DNA from: an uncultured Thermoplasmata archaeon
GTDB lineage: Archaea > Thermoplasmatota > DTKX01 > GCA-020343715
Assembly: GCA_965369625.1 (NCBI GenBank)
Contig: CBDUQW010000003.1
Location: 9,883 to 73,882, forward strand
DNA length: 64,000 bases
Direction: 5' to 3'
Part shown: positions 10,043 through 19,996 of the stretch, one piece after another
Layout: every line of letters begins with the position of its first letter
Position numbering within the stretch: position 1 is the stretch's first letter
The notes under the pieces: generated by a model
Database searches by the model: none
The model's input: only the letters and a program-made list of their open reading frames with translations
Told to the model about the DNA's origin: nothing
Program-made: the position numbers and the translations under genes

Positions 10043-10975
10043 GTGCATAGAGTGGATGTCGATTATGACCTGGCAGTGATCGGTGCCGGCTGTGCTGGCC
10101 TGGCCGCAGGCGTCTATGGTGGAAGGGCCGGAATGAAGGTGTGCATCTTCGACAAGGGAAAGGCCGGTGGCCAGCTACTGATCACCCACAAGATCGAGAA
10201 CTACATCGGCTTCACCGACATCTCCGGCCCGGACCTGGCAGCGAAGATGCTCGAGCACGCCCGGCAGTACTCCGAGGTGAAGGAGTTCATCGAGGTCGAG
10301 GAGGTCAGGGACGAGGGCGACCACATCTGGATCAAGACCACCGAGGGGGAGTACACCGCGGCCGCCCTTCTCCTGTCCACCGGGGCGGACCACAAGCACC
10401 TGGGCGTTCCCGGCGAGGAGAAGCTGGCAGGCAAGGGGGTCTCCTACTGCGCCACCTGCGATGGGTTCTTCTTCCGGAACCGGAAGGTCATCATGGTCGG
10501 TGGTGGTTCCACCGCCGCAATAGAGTCGCTCTACCTCAAGGGCATCGATGTGGACGTGGCATTGGTCCATCGCCGGGACCGCCTGCGGGCCGAGTCAGCC
10601 CTCATCGAGGACGTGGAGAAGGCGGGGATACCCACCCACTTCAACAAGCGGGTCGTCGAGATACATGGGGAAAAGCGGGTCGAGAAGGTCACCCTTGAAT
10701 GCACCGATTCGGGGGAACACACCGAGATGGAGACCAGCGGCGTGTTCATCGCCATAGGTCTCATGCCCAACGACCAGCTGGCCAAACAGCTGGGTCTCGA
10801 GATGGACGATGAGGGGCTGGTGAAGGTGGATGCCGTCTACCGCACATCGAACCCCCGTGTCTTCGCCGCAGGAGACCTCATCGGAGGAGTCCGGCAGGCC
10901 ATCACCGCAGCGGGTGAGGGGACGGTCGCAAGCCTCAACGTCCTGCCCCTCGTCGGCAAGCAGTATCCGTGGTGA
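10043..10975 (+). CDS. trxB: Thioredoxin-disulfide reductase (NADPH type)
   Basis: It has the FAD GxGxxG motif (VIGAGCAGLAAG), the redox-active CATC motif (YCATCDGFFF), and the second dinucleotide site GGGSTA plus HRRDRLRA (NADPH-type HRRxxxR). The start is ambiguous: GTG 10043, or GTG 10052 which has GGAGG 8 nt upstream. Confidence 0.9.
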   Translation: MHRVDVDYDLAVIGAGCAGLAAGVYGGRAGMKVCIFDKGKAGGQLLITHKIENYIGFTDISGPDLAAKMLEHARQYSEVKEFIEVEEVRDEGDHIWIKTTEGEYTAAALLLSTGADHKHLGVPGEEKLAGKGVSYCATCDGFFFRNRKVIMVGGGSTAAIESLYLKGIDVDVALVHRRDRLRAESALIEDVEKAGIPTHFNKRVVEIHGEKRVEKVTLECTDSGEHTEMETSGVFIAIGLMPNDQLAKQLGLEMDDEGLVKVDAVYRTSNPRVFAAGDLIGGVRQAITAAGEGTVASLNVLPLVGKQYPW

Positions 10976-11053
10976 CCGGAGAGGCCTTCCGAGACCCCCT
11001 CTTTGGGGGGGTGCCAGTAGGTGTCTGAGAAGTAAAGCACCGAACGCCAAAGG

Positions 11054-11061
11054 TTATATAG
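11054..11061 (+). promoter_or_regulatory. Candidate TATA box for the aglB operon
   Basis: TTATATAG is preceded by an A-rich BRE-like CCAAAGG, about 44 nt upstream of the aglB start. Confidence 0.4.
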
Positions 11062-11104
11062 AGAAAGTGGTATAGCGAGTCCAATTCAGCCCTGTGGCTG
11101 ATGG

Positions 11105-14100
11105 GTGAAACAGATGACTGGACCCCACGGTGTAAGGGATAGGAAGGGACGGCCCAGCAAGACTGGCCGGTCCAGCCGCGGTCGCCAGGATGCCGCGGAG
11201 ACGTCCCGATCCAGCACCAGGGAGGGGTTGAAGCAGGTCAAGAGGTACCTATGGCAACGCAAGTACACCATCATCTACCTGCTCATCCTGATAATCCTCT
11301 CCTTCGCCGTAAGAGCGGTCTGGTACTACCCTGCGGCGTACACCGGCGGACCGACCCCACTTCTCTCGGGTAACGACCCCGACTATCACAAGCGCACCGT
11401 GGATGTCTTCCTCACGCAAAAGGAATTCCTCCAATGGGACCCTCTCCTGAACTACCCGGCTGGCGGCCCCAACCCCAACCCGCCGGCGTACTCCACATCG
11501 GTGGCATTGATAGGCCTGGCCATAACACCGTTCTACGATTCTGTGGACGCTGCCGTCTGGTTCTCGATGCAGATAGGGGCCTGTCTGTGGGCGGCCCTCA
11601 CGGTCATCCCGGTGTACCTGTTCACCAAGGAGATGTTCGGACGCAAGAGCGCCTACATGGCCGCGCTGTTCATCGCCTTCATGGCGGGCAACGTGGAGAG
11701 GACCCCCCTGGGGTTCTCTGACCACGACGCATTCTTCATGTTCTTCATCGTGGTGGGCTTCTTCTTCATGCTCAAGTCCCTGCGCCTGGTCAAGACGCGG
11801 GTGTACGTCAAGAGCTGGCGGGAGCCTGTCGACATCACGATAGGGCTCACAGAGTTCGTGCGTACAAACCGTATTGCACTTCTGTACTCGGTCATGGCCG
11901 GCTTCTCGCTGGCGGCGGTGGCGCTATCGTGGAAGGGTTTCCCATACGCCCTCGCGATCATCTTCGTGTACCTGCTGTTCCACATGTTGGTCAACAAGTT
12001 CAGGCGCATCGACAACACGGCCATAGGGCTGACCGTCCTCATCACCGTCTCGATCCTCATGCTGGTCTCGCTACCCTACTACATGGAGATGAACTTCATG
12101 AACTGGTACGAGGCCCCCTCGATCCTCTTCGCGGGCATCTGTCTGATCGTCGCCGTCTTCCTCTTCACAAGGGACCTGCCCTGGCTGCTGATACTGCCCA
12201 TCTTCCTGTTGATACTCGTGGTCGCCATGACCGCCATCTGGTTCCTTCTTCCAGATGTGTGGGCCAACGTCTTCAGCGGCGCGGGCTACTTCATCAGGAC
12301 CAAGCTGTATGGGACCATCGCTGAGGCGCAGCCACCCGACTTCAACCGTCTGGTGTTCGCCTACGGCATGACCACCTTCTTCCTGGCCCTCATCGGCGTC
12401 GTCATCATGATGAAGGACCTGCCCAAGGGCTGGAAGAACGACCACATCTTCACTACCATCTGGGCCCTTGTCTCCATCTACATGGCCGTCGCGGCCATAC
12501 GCTTCATGTACAACGCCACCCCCGTCTTCGCCATCCTGTCCGGCTGGATCACCTGGTCGGTCATAGAACGGCTTGACTACCGACGGATGGCACGGGTGTT
12601 CAGGAGCATGAGGGGGGACTTCTTCAAGGCCATCAAGGTCTCCATCAAGCTTCGTCACGTAGGAGGCGCCCTGTTCCTCGTCTTCCTGATACTGGCACCC
12701 AACATCTGGTACAGCGTGGACGCCGGGATCCCGTACGAGGACAAGAAGGAGAAGGACCTCCAGATCTACAACTGGATCCCGGAATTCATGCGACCGGACA
12801 AGGACCTTTTCGACCCCGACAGCAACAACCTGTGGTACCTGGGCTCCTTCGGGACCAGCTTCATGTCCCACTACTGGGCGGAAGGCATGTGGTGGCTGTC
12901 CGACCAGGACACATGGGTGCCCGAGGAGGAGAGGCCCGGCTTCATATCGTGGTGGGACTACGGTCACTGGTGCGTCAACGTGGGAGATCATCCCACGGCG
13001 GCGGACAACTTCCAGAACGGTGTGGAGTTCGCGGGGAACTTCATAGGGATAGACGGCGAGGAATCGGCCAACGCGCTGATGCTCGTGCGGTTGTTCGAGA
13101 CCAACGTCCGGAACGAGACCGTCGTGCAGTACATGAGGGACCAGATAGGCGATGAGGCGACCAACGAGCTCCTTGACCTTTACAGGAACCCCGCCAAGTA
13201 CACCGACGACATCCACAAGTACCCCGAGCGCTACGGCCTCAAGGACGACGACGTCTCGCCCAGGAACACCGTGTACATCCACGGCACCTGGGTCATCAAG
13301 CAGAGCGCCGACGATGTCCAGCGGATCGAGATGCTCCTTTGGTACGGAAGGGCGGTGGGGGACGAGTTCAGGTACTTCGCCGTGGACTCTCGGCTGATGC
13401 CGACCAGTTACCAGAACACGGGCATCTTCTACGCGCCCATCACCCTCTCCGACAGCCGGGTCGAGGACTACATCGAGATCGTCGCCATCTACAACGGCAA
13501 CCAGATCACCCTCGAACAGGCCTCGGAACTTCCTGCGGCGGAGCGCCAGAACCTCCAGTACCAGCTGGTCTGGAAGCGCCCCTTCTTCGAGTCCATGTTC
13601 TACCGGTGCTTCATCGGCTACAGCGGCTACGACCAGGGTCCTGAGTTCACCGACAAGGGCATCCCATACGTCACCGGGGACCTGGCCCAGTACCCGCCGC
13701 AGTACGCGTGGAACCAGAGCAACTGGGCGGCCGTCTCCCACACCGTCCACTGGAACCCCTACGACGCCGAGAACCTCAGCAAGCACCAGCGCGACTGGGA
13801 GGTCATCTCCTGGGAGGAGGGCGTCAGGGTCAAGCGGGAGGACACAGGGGTCGTCGATGACGCCATCCGGAACATCCAGCAGGGTGTCATCTACATCAAG
13901 TGGTACGCAGGGGCCTACATCAACGGCACCGTCACCACCGAGGCAGGAGATCCGATCCCCGGGGCCACCATAACCGTTCACGACGGCTTCAGGTACCTTG
14001 GCGGGTACATGGGACCCGAATACGTCGGTGTGCCCCATGGCACCACGACAACGGACGAGAACGGCAGGTACTCGATCCTAGCACCCTTCGGTAACGTCAC

Positions 14101-17100
14101 CGTCGTGGCCTCGAACGGAGGCAGCCTCGACTACCTGACCCTCCACGAGCGCAACACCCTCAACCAGACCAACCTGTTCATCTCCGACGACGCCGCGATG
14201 CGGAGGGGGGAGTACAACTTCACCGCGGACATGACGGTCCCGACGGCCTACCAGAACGGCATCCTCTTCATCGACACCAACGCCAACGGCAGGTACGACG
14301 AGGACGAGGACGAGCCCATGGCCAACGCGACGATGATGCTCGAGGGCGTCAAGGGGCTGAACGTCACCGAGAACCTGACCACCTACGCCAACGGATTCTA
14401 CGAGTTCAAGGACGCCCTGCCAGGCGAGTACAGTATCGACGTCCTGTACGATGACCACGAGATAGAGGACGTGGCGCTCATCGTCCTGTCCCCGGGCCAG
14501 ATCAAGAGCGAGGACATTCCCGTGATGCAGTCGGAGATCACCGGCACCATCTACCGTTTCGACGGCGAGGATGTCGAGGGCACCGAGGTGACCGTCAGGT
14601 ACCTACTGAAGAACACGACCACCGTGCAAGAGGCCGACGCCACCGGAGTGTACAGGTTCGATGACCTCCTGCCAGGCAATTACAGCATAGAGCTCTACGT
14701 TCCCGGCACCCAGCCCATCAACGAATCCGTGACCCTGGGCCTGGCCGAGGTGAGCTCCCACAACTTCACCCTGGTACCCATCGCCTTCGTCGAGGGCACT
14801 GTGTACCGGGACGACAACGGCAACGACATGCCTGACCCCGGTGAGGGCCTGGCGAACGTCACCATCACCTACCAGAGGCTCGACGCTGAACGCGGCATCC
14901 TCTCGACGGTCTCCAACGAGACGGGCCACTACAACGCCTCCGTCTCCGCGGGATACTGGTCCACTTACATCAACGAGTTCCGTGACGGTCTCGAGGGACA
15001 GACCGACAGCGAGCGCTTCGGTCACCTGTCGACCATGGTGGTGGACCCCGACAACTGGTCCTACTCCGTCAACCTGAGCGTCGTCGATTCTCACAGGGTC
15101 AACGGGACCGTGATGCGCGCCGCCTCCGACACCAACGATACCCTCATCCCGGCCGGACGCACGGTCATGGAGATCTGGAACCAGGACAGCCGCATGCAAG
15201 TGATGGCCAACTCGTCCGGCGTCTTCGACATCGCCCTGCCGACGGGCAACTACTCGCTGTTCGTCCAGAAGACCATCGGCGAGCGACCCCGCGTGAACCT
15301 CACCACCCTTGAGGTGACCGAGGACCTCGATCTGGACCAGGTGGTGCTCGAGAACGGCACCCGGCTGGAGGGGCACGTCTACTTCGACAAGAACGGCAAC
15401 AACGCCGTCAACCCTGGAGAGGGTATCAACAAGGCGGAGATGCTGTTCGAGTCGGAGGGCTATATCTTCAACCTGACGACATCGGACAACGGGAGCTACG
15501 CCCTGGTCGCGGCTCCACTGAACTTCACGGTCCACATCGAGGACCCCGCCTTCGAACCCTACGTTAGCCACATCAACGCGACGGGCAACGTCCCGCTCAC
15601 GAAGAAGAACTTCCCGCTGCAGCCGTACAACGTCTCGTACTCCGGCCTTGCCGGATACGACTGGGAGGGCGACAACAACCTGACGGGCAACGGCTTCCCC
15701 AACCTCAACATCTCCTTCATCGCCAAGGACCCGGACAACAATCCCAACGCCGTCTCCATCAACGTGACGACCGACGCCAAGGGCAACTACGAGGTCGAGC
15801 TGGCTCCGGGCCTGTACCGCGTGAAGGTGCTCCAGGACGAGGAGGAGGACCTGGGTCTGTTCAGGTACTCCTACAATGAGGAATGGGACATCGACCCCAG
15901 CACCGAGGACTCAACGCGGAACATCTGGCTCGACAGGAGTGTCAGGTTCAACGGCACCGTGGTGCTGTACGGCAACAACACCACCGTCAACACCAACATC
16001 AGGGTGGACGAGGGTGACCATAGGACATCCATATCCGTCATCCACGGCGAGTTCGACGACTACCTGATCGTCGGCGAGCACCTGCTCACCGCCACCTACT
16101 TCACGTCGCCGCCCGAGGGCGACCCGGTCCGGTACGAGCTGGAGATGATATACGACTTCGACCATCCGACCACCCTCGAGCTGGTCATGTATCCCACCAT
16201 CGAGTTCTCGGGCTACCTCTATTACGACTGGAACGAGAACGGCAAGTACGACCCGCCTGAGGACCCGAACGACCCGAACGACGTCGGCGAGGGCATCCAC
16301 GTGCCCAGCTTCACCCTGCAGGGGATCAGGGACCACGCGGTGCATCCCTTCGTCAACGGTTCGTTCAAATCCAAGGTCTTCCCTCACGACAACTACACCC
16401 TGTTCCTGGAGTACAGGCACTTCAACTCAACGGCCAGGGTCAATTACCAGTGGTTCAAGAACATGACCATCGACCTGTCCAATGACACCTACATCGAGAT
16501 ACCCCTTGACAGGCTTATGGAGCTCCGAGGGCAGGTGTTCTGGGACATCAACGAGGACGACCAGCCCTCCTTTGACGAGAGCATCGCCAACTCCACCGTC
16601 AACATCGTGGGCATGAACACCACCCACGAGTACGAGGCCATCACCGACGAAACTGGTCATTACAACGAGTGGGTCAATGTGAGGGTGAACGGCACCGCGA
16701 CCTACAACGTCACGGTGAACAGGTCCGGTTTCGAGCCCCTCGAGCCCTTCTGGATCCATACCATGGAGCCCACCGACATCCCCCTCAACCTTGAGATGAT
16801 GGCCAACAACGTGACCTTCAACGGCACCACCTTCCTGGACCAGAACTGGAACGGGAAGATGAACAGCTACGAGTTCCCTGTCCCGGTCGAGAACATCGAG
16901 CTCTGGAGCGCCCAGAACACCAGCGTCCACTACGTGACGTCGTCGGACGAGAACGGCAGCTTCATGATATCCGTGGAGCCAGGTGAGTACGACATCTATG
17001 CCTGGACCGACCTCAACGGGAGCTTCCTTGTCCACCTCGGTGCCCACGAGGTGGAGCCAGAGGGCGAGGTCCAGGACGTATTCCTTCCCATGGTCCCCGG

Positions 17101-18220
17101 GCGACGTGCCTCAGGCATCATGTTCTTCTACAACTACACCGAGCACAACGACACCGTTCAGGAGGTCAACCTCACCTTCGAGCAGATCGACGGCAACGGG
17201 AAGGTCCCCATCCTACCGGCCAGCGGAGGGGTGTTCTCGGCGGTCCTGCCCGAGGGACGCTACGATGTGAACGGTTCCTTCGAGAACTCAGAGTTCGGTG
17301 TGAACATGACCTACGAGCTAGAGGACGATTTCAGGATGGTCCTCAGCGACCTCGACGACGCCGAGCTCAACTTCACCAGGGTCAGCGAGTACAAGCTGGA
17401 CCTCTGGTGGGACGACCTGCCCATCAACATCGATGTCAACTCGTCTTACAACCTGACCGTCTACGCCAAGAACACCGGCTCTGAGAACGGCACCTTCGAC
17501 ATCGACCTGAAGACCCCGCCGGATTGGACCTACGAGACCGAGGTCGACAACGTGACCCTCAACCTCTCCCAGACCACCTCGTTCTGGCTCCAGATCAACT
17601 CCTCGGACCGCGCGGGGGCCGGACCCAACGACGTGACCGTTCGTGCCATCCCGAGGGACAGCAACGACGACCCCAGCGAGCTGGTCATCAACGTCAACAT
17701 CAACCAGTTCTACGGTTTCGAGATCAGTGAACCAGACCAACAGACGGGATTCTACCGGTGGGAGGCGGAGACCGACGGCGGGACCAGGCGCATGGTATCG
17801 TACTTCTTCTCGGCGGAGAACACGGGCAACGGCGAGGAGATGCTCAAGCTCACCCACTCATCCATTCCCAACTGGACCATAGATTTCCCTGAGGACACCA
17901 TCCTTCTCCTGCCCTTCGAGAAGAAGTCTGTTCCCTTCGAGGTCATACTCCCCGACAAGGATGAACTGAAGCCTCAGGTCCTCACCATCACGGCGGTGTC
18001 GCTGAACGATCCCAGCCAGGGGCCAGACGTCCTGGAACTGGAGCTCTCCTTCGCCCAGCTCACCATCTATCCTGAGGACATGAAGGGCGAGACGGAGGAT
18101 GGCGAGGAGATCGGTTCCCCTCCGAACGAGGCTCCGGGCTTCGGACTGCTGGGTGCCCTGGCGGTCCTCGGTGCGGCAGGGATGGCGGCCAGGCGTCGCA
18201 AGAGGGAGGTGGTGGAGTGA
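11105..18220 (+). CDS. aglB: Oligosaccharyltransferase AglB/STT3 fused to a roughly 1400-aa extracellular array of CarboxypepD_reg/SdrD-B-like beta-sandwich repeats, ending in a PGF-CTERM sorting signal
   Basis: The first ~600 aa form a multi-pass hydrophobic N-terminal half. The first-loop acidic motif is GNDPDYH. The catalytic WWDYG motif (ISWWDYGHW) lies at nt 12950-12964. From about nt 13927 there are a dozen or more repeats of the type ..G.V..D.NGN...D.GE.....V.......T.T...G.Y.F..L.PG.Y.. . The last 29 aa are PGFGLLGALAVLGAAGMAARRRKREVVE. The start could also be ATG 11114. Confidence 0.9.
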   Translation: MKQMTGPHGVRDRKGRPSKTGRSSRGRQDAAETSRSSTREGLKQVKRYLWQRKYTIIYLLILIILSFAVRAVWYYPAAYTGGPTPLLSGNDPDYHKRTVDVFLTQKEFLQWDPLLNYPAGGPNPNPPAYSTSVALIGLAITPFYDSVDAAVWFSMQIGACLWAALTVIPVYLFTKEMFGRKSAYMAALFIAFMAGNVERTPLGFSDHDAFFMFFIVVGFFFMLKSLRLVKTRVYVKSWREPVDITIGLTEFVRTNRIALLYSVMAGFSLAAVALSWKGFPYALAIIFVYLLFHMLVNKFRRIDNTAIGLTVLITVSILMLVSLPYYMEMNFMNWYEAPSILFAGICLIVAVFLFTRDLPWLLILPIFLLILVVAMTAIWFLLPDVWANVFSGAGYFIRTKLYGTIAEAQPPDFNRLVFAYGMTTFFLALIGVVIMMKDLPKGWKNDHIFTTIWALVSIYMAVAAIRFMYNATPVFAILSGWITWSVIERLDYRRMARVFRSMRGDFFKAIKVSIKLRHVGGALFLVFLILAPNIWYSVDAGIPYEDKKEKDLQIYNWIPEFMRPDKDLFDPDSNNLWYLGSFGTSFMSHYWAEGMWWLSDQDTWVPEEERPGFISWWDYGHWCVNVGDHPTAADNFQNGVEFAGNFIGIDGEESANALMLVRLFETNVRNETVVQYMRDQIGDEATNELLDLYRNPAKYTDDIHKYPERYGLKDDDVSPRNTVYIHGTWVIKQSADDVQRIEMLLWYGRAVGDEFRYFAVDSRLMPTSYQNTGIFYAPITLSDSRVEDYIEIVAIYNGNQITLEQASELPAAERQNLQYQLVWKRPFFESMFYRCFIGYSGYDQGPEFTDKGIPYVTGDLAQYPPQYAWNQSNWAAVSHTVHWNPYDAENLSKHQRDWEVISWEEGVRVKREDTGVVDDAIRNIQQGVIYIKWYAGAYINGTVTTEAGDPIPGATITVHDGFRYLGGYMGPEYVGVPHGTTTTDENGRYSILAPFGNVTVVASNGGSLDYLTLHERNTLNQTNLFISDDAAMRRGEYNFTADMTVPTAYQNGILFIDTNANGRYDEDEDEPMANATMMLEGVKGLNVTENLTTYANGFYEFKDALPGEYSIDVLYDDHEIEDVALIVLSPGQIKSEDIPVMQSEITGTIYRFDGEDVEGTEVTVRYLLKNTTTVQEADATGVYRFDDLLPGNYSIELYVPGTQPINESVTLGLAEVSSHNFTLVPIAFVEGTVYRDDNGNDMPDPGEGLANVTITYQRLDAERGILSTVSNETGHYNASVSAGYWSTYINEFRDGLEGQTDSERFGHLSTMVVDPDNWSYSVNLSVVDSHRVNGTVMRAASDTNDTLIPAGRTVMEIWNQDSRMQVMANSSGVFDIALPTGNYSLFVQKTIGERPRVNLTTLEVTEDLDLDQVVLENGTRLEGHVYFDKNGNNAVNPGEGINKAEMLFESEGYIFNLTTSDNGSYALVAAPLNFTVHIEDPAFEPYVSHINATGNVPLTKKNFPLQPYNVSYSGLAGYDWEGDNNLTGNGFPNLNISFIAKDPDNNPNAVSINVTTDAKGNYEVELAPGLYRVKVLQDEEEDLGLFRYSYNEEWDIDPSTEDSTRNIWLDRSVRFNGTVVLYGNNTTVNTNIRVDEGDHRTSISVIHGEFDDYLIVGEHLLTATYFTSPPEGDPVRYELEMIYDFDHPTTLELVMYPTIEFSGYLYYDWNENGKYDPPEDPNDPNDVGEGIHVPSFTLQGIRDHAVHPFVNGSFKSKVFPHDNYTLFLEYRHFNSTARVNYQWFKNMTIDLSNDTYIEIPLDRLMELRGQVFWDINEDDQPSFDESIANSTVNIVGMNTTHEYEAITDETGHYNEWVNVRVNGTATYNVTVNRSGFEPLEPFWIHTMEPTDIPLNLEMMANNVTFNGTTFLDQNWNGKMNSYEFPVPVENIELWSAQNTSVHYVTSSDENGSFMISVEPGEYDIYAWTDLNGSFLVHLGAHEVEPEGEVQDVFLPMVPGRRASGIMFFYNYTEHNDTVQEVNLTFEQIDGNGKVPILPASGGVFSAVLPEGRYDVNGSFENSEFGVNMTYELEDDFRMVLSDLDDAELNFTRVSEYKLDLWWDDLPINIDVNSSYNLTVYAKNTGSENGTFDIDLKTPPDWTYETEVDNVTLNLSQTTSFWLQINSSDRAGAGPNDVTVRAIPRDSNDDPSELVINVNINQFYGFEISEPDQQTGFYRWEAETDGGTRRMVSYFFSAENTGNGEEMLKLTHSSIPNWTIDFPEDTILLLPFEKKSVPFEVILPDKDELKPQVLTITAVSLNDPSQGPDVLELELSFAQLTIYPEDMKGETEDGEEIGSPPNEAPGFGLLGALAVLGAAGMAARRRKREVVE
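18134..18217 (+). other. PGF-CTERM-type archaeosortase recognition signal at the C-terminus of AglB
   Basis: A PGF tripeptide (18134-18142) is followed by a Gly/Ala/Leu-rich hydrophobic helix and an RRRKR cluster. Confidence 0.7.
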
Positions 18221-19176
18221 AGGGAGTCAGAACCCGGGTGAGGGGTGCGAACGCGCGACTCACCATCCTGCTCCTCATCGCCATGCTGGTCACCGTACCC
18301 ATGGCAAGCGCCTACCTCAATCCGCAGATCGACATGACGGAGTACGCCAGGGACGAGACGTGCTACTGCCACGGTGTGGAGGTCTCTCCGAACGTCACCA
18401 TCGTCATCGAAGTTGCGGACAAGGTCTTCTTCAACGACAACAACGACACCATCCCCGTCCAGGTTGGCATCCTTGGCGACCCCCAGAACATCACGGGGTT
18501 CGCGCTCTACCTCAACGGGACGGAGAGCAATGACAACCTGCGGTGGGAATACAGCTTCGGCCTCAGCGACGGTCAGGTGGAGAGGCCGCGCGAGTGGATC
18601 AAGATCAACGGGTCGGCCGTCTGGCCCATCGTCCCCGTCACTGAGAAGTACTTCAACCTCAGCTTCTTCCCAGGTAGCGTCGACCAGGGCGTGGTCATCA
18701 GCGTGACCGGGATGAGGGCGAACGGGAACGTCAACGAGACGGGGGACCTCTGGAACGTGGCCAGGACCACCGTGAAGGTCAGGGAGCAGCGCATGGCGAC
18801 CCTCAACGTGACGGTCACCAACTCCGAGCCCATCGCCGTGTCTGACGTGCTCGTCGACTTCTACGTCGACGACGGGTACATCGGCAACTACACCATACCC
18901 CACATCGGCGAGAACGGTCGCGAGAACGCCACCGTGCAGTGGGACATCACCTACGAGAAGGATGGCAAGCACGAGCTCCGGGCGGTCATCGATCCCGATG
19001 GGAGGATCACCGTCCTCGACCGTGACGAAATTGAGATAACCACGGAGATATGGCTCGGGGAGCGTCCTGAGGAGCCCGACTACGCCCTCTACTACGGTCT
19101 CGGGAGCGTGCTGGTGGGTGTCCTCATCATCGTGGCCATCTTCTGGTACTGGCGCAGGCGGCAGTACCGGTTCTGA
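18217..19176 (+). CDS. Membrane-anchored extracellular protein with a CARDB-like domain
   Basis: A GTG start overlaps the aglB stop (GTGA). The signal peptide ends in VPMASA. The segment VTVTNSEPIAVSDVLVDFYVDDGYIGNYTIPHIGENGRENATVQW..GKHELRAVIDPDG resembles CARDB. The C-terminal TM is LGSVLVGVLIIVAIFWYW plus RRRQ. Confidence 0.7.
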   Translation: MKGVRTRVRGANARLTILLLIAMLVTVPMASAYLNPQIDMTEYARDETCYCHGVEVSPNVTIVIEVADKVFFNDNNDTIPVQVGILGDPQNITGFALYLNGTESNDNLRWEYSFGLSDGQVERPREWIKINGSAVWPIVPVTEKYFNLSFFPGSVDQGVVISVTGMRANGNVNETGDLWNVARTTVKVREQRMATLNVTVTNSEPIAVSDVLVDFYVDDGYIGNYTIPHIGENGRENATVQWDITYEKDGKHELRAVIDPDGRITVLDRDEIEITTEIWLGERPEEPDYALYYGLGSVLVGVLIIVAIFWYWRRRQYRF

Positions 19177-19206
19177 TGGACCATGCCAGCGACACCTCGC
19201 GGGTTG

Positions 19207-19869
19207 TCAAACGCTGTGATTGTCCAGGATGAACGGTAGCACGAGCCTCAGGTCCCTACCCTCGACCACGTGAGCGGCGGCGCGTCTAGTGAGCTCGTCC
19301 ATCGGGTTGAAAGCGATCGACACCCTGGCCATGTCGAACATGGTCACGTCGACGGGCGTGTCCCCCACCACGGCGGTCTCCTCGACGGAGACACCGATAT
19401 CGTCCTGCATGGCCGAGACGACGCCTCCCTTCTCCCTCAGAGGTACATGGACGATGCCCCCGCCGGTCAGGTATCCGTCCCCGTCCACCTCCACGTCGTT
19501 GGCGAGGACGAGGTCCACCTCACCCATCGCCCCGACGCGTTCCGCCAGGTACAGTAGCCCTCCCGAGACAATTGCGGTGACCACCCCATGTCGCCTCAGC
19601 TCCTTCAGGGTCTCAATGGCCCCCGGGAAGATGGGAGCGGTGTCGAGGATGCCATGGACCTCCTCCTGGGACACCCTCCCCCTGACCCCGGTCCAGCGTT
19701 CCACATCCCTCCGGATGAACTCCATGTCGTCGATCTCTCCCCTCAGGAAGGCCTGGAGGCTGTCCTCGTTGTCGGTCCCGAATTGACGATGGACCAGGAC
19801 CCAGCTGCTGTAAGAATCGATCAGCACCCCGTCCATGTCGAACACCGTCAGTCTCACCCTGGGGCCCAC
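19207..19869 (-). CDS. HAD-superfamily hydrolase (phosphatase)
   Basis: HAD motif I is VFDMDGVLID, motif II is VSGG, and motif IV is VVGDTPVDVTM. Confidence 0.8.
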   Translation of the reverse strand: MGPRVRLTVFDMDGVLIDSYSSWVLVHRQFGTDNEDSLQAFLRGEIDDMEFIRRDVERWTGVRGRVSQEEVHGILDTAPIFPGAIETLKELRRHGVVTAIVSGGLLYLAERVGAMGEVDLVLANDVEVDGDGYLTGGGIVHVPLREKGGVVSAMQDDIGVSVEETAVVGDTPVDVTMFDMARVSIAFNPMDELTRRAAAHVVEGRDLRLVLPFILDNHSV

Positions 19870-19996
19870 AGGAAACTCCTCCTTCTGGGCCAGCGAGGAA
19901 CTGGATGGCCCGGACGCAAAACGTTATTACGGCTCCCGTATATTACCTCTTTCCACCTCAGTGAGCGTGGCCTAGGTTATATGCTGGAGGGCATGA

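Noticed and set aside
18340-18380. The CYCH sequence in the CARDB-like protein, considered as a possible heme-binding site.
   Set aside because: c-type heme attachment needs CxxCH (or CxxxCH / CxxxxCH). CxCH does not fit, and it occurs only once.
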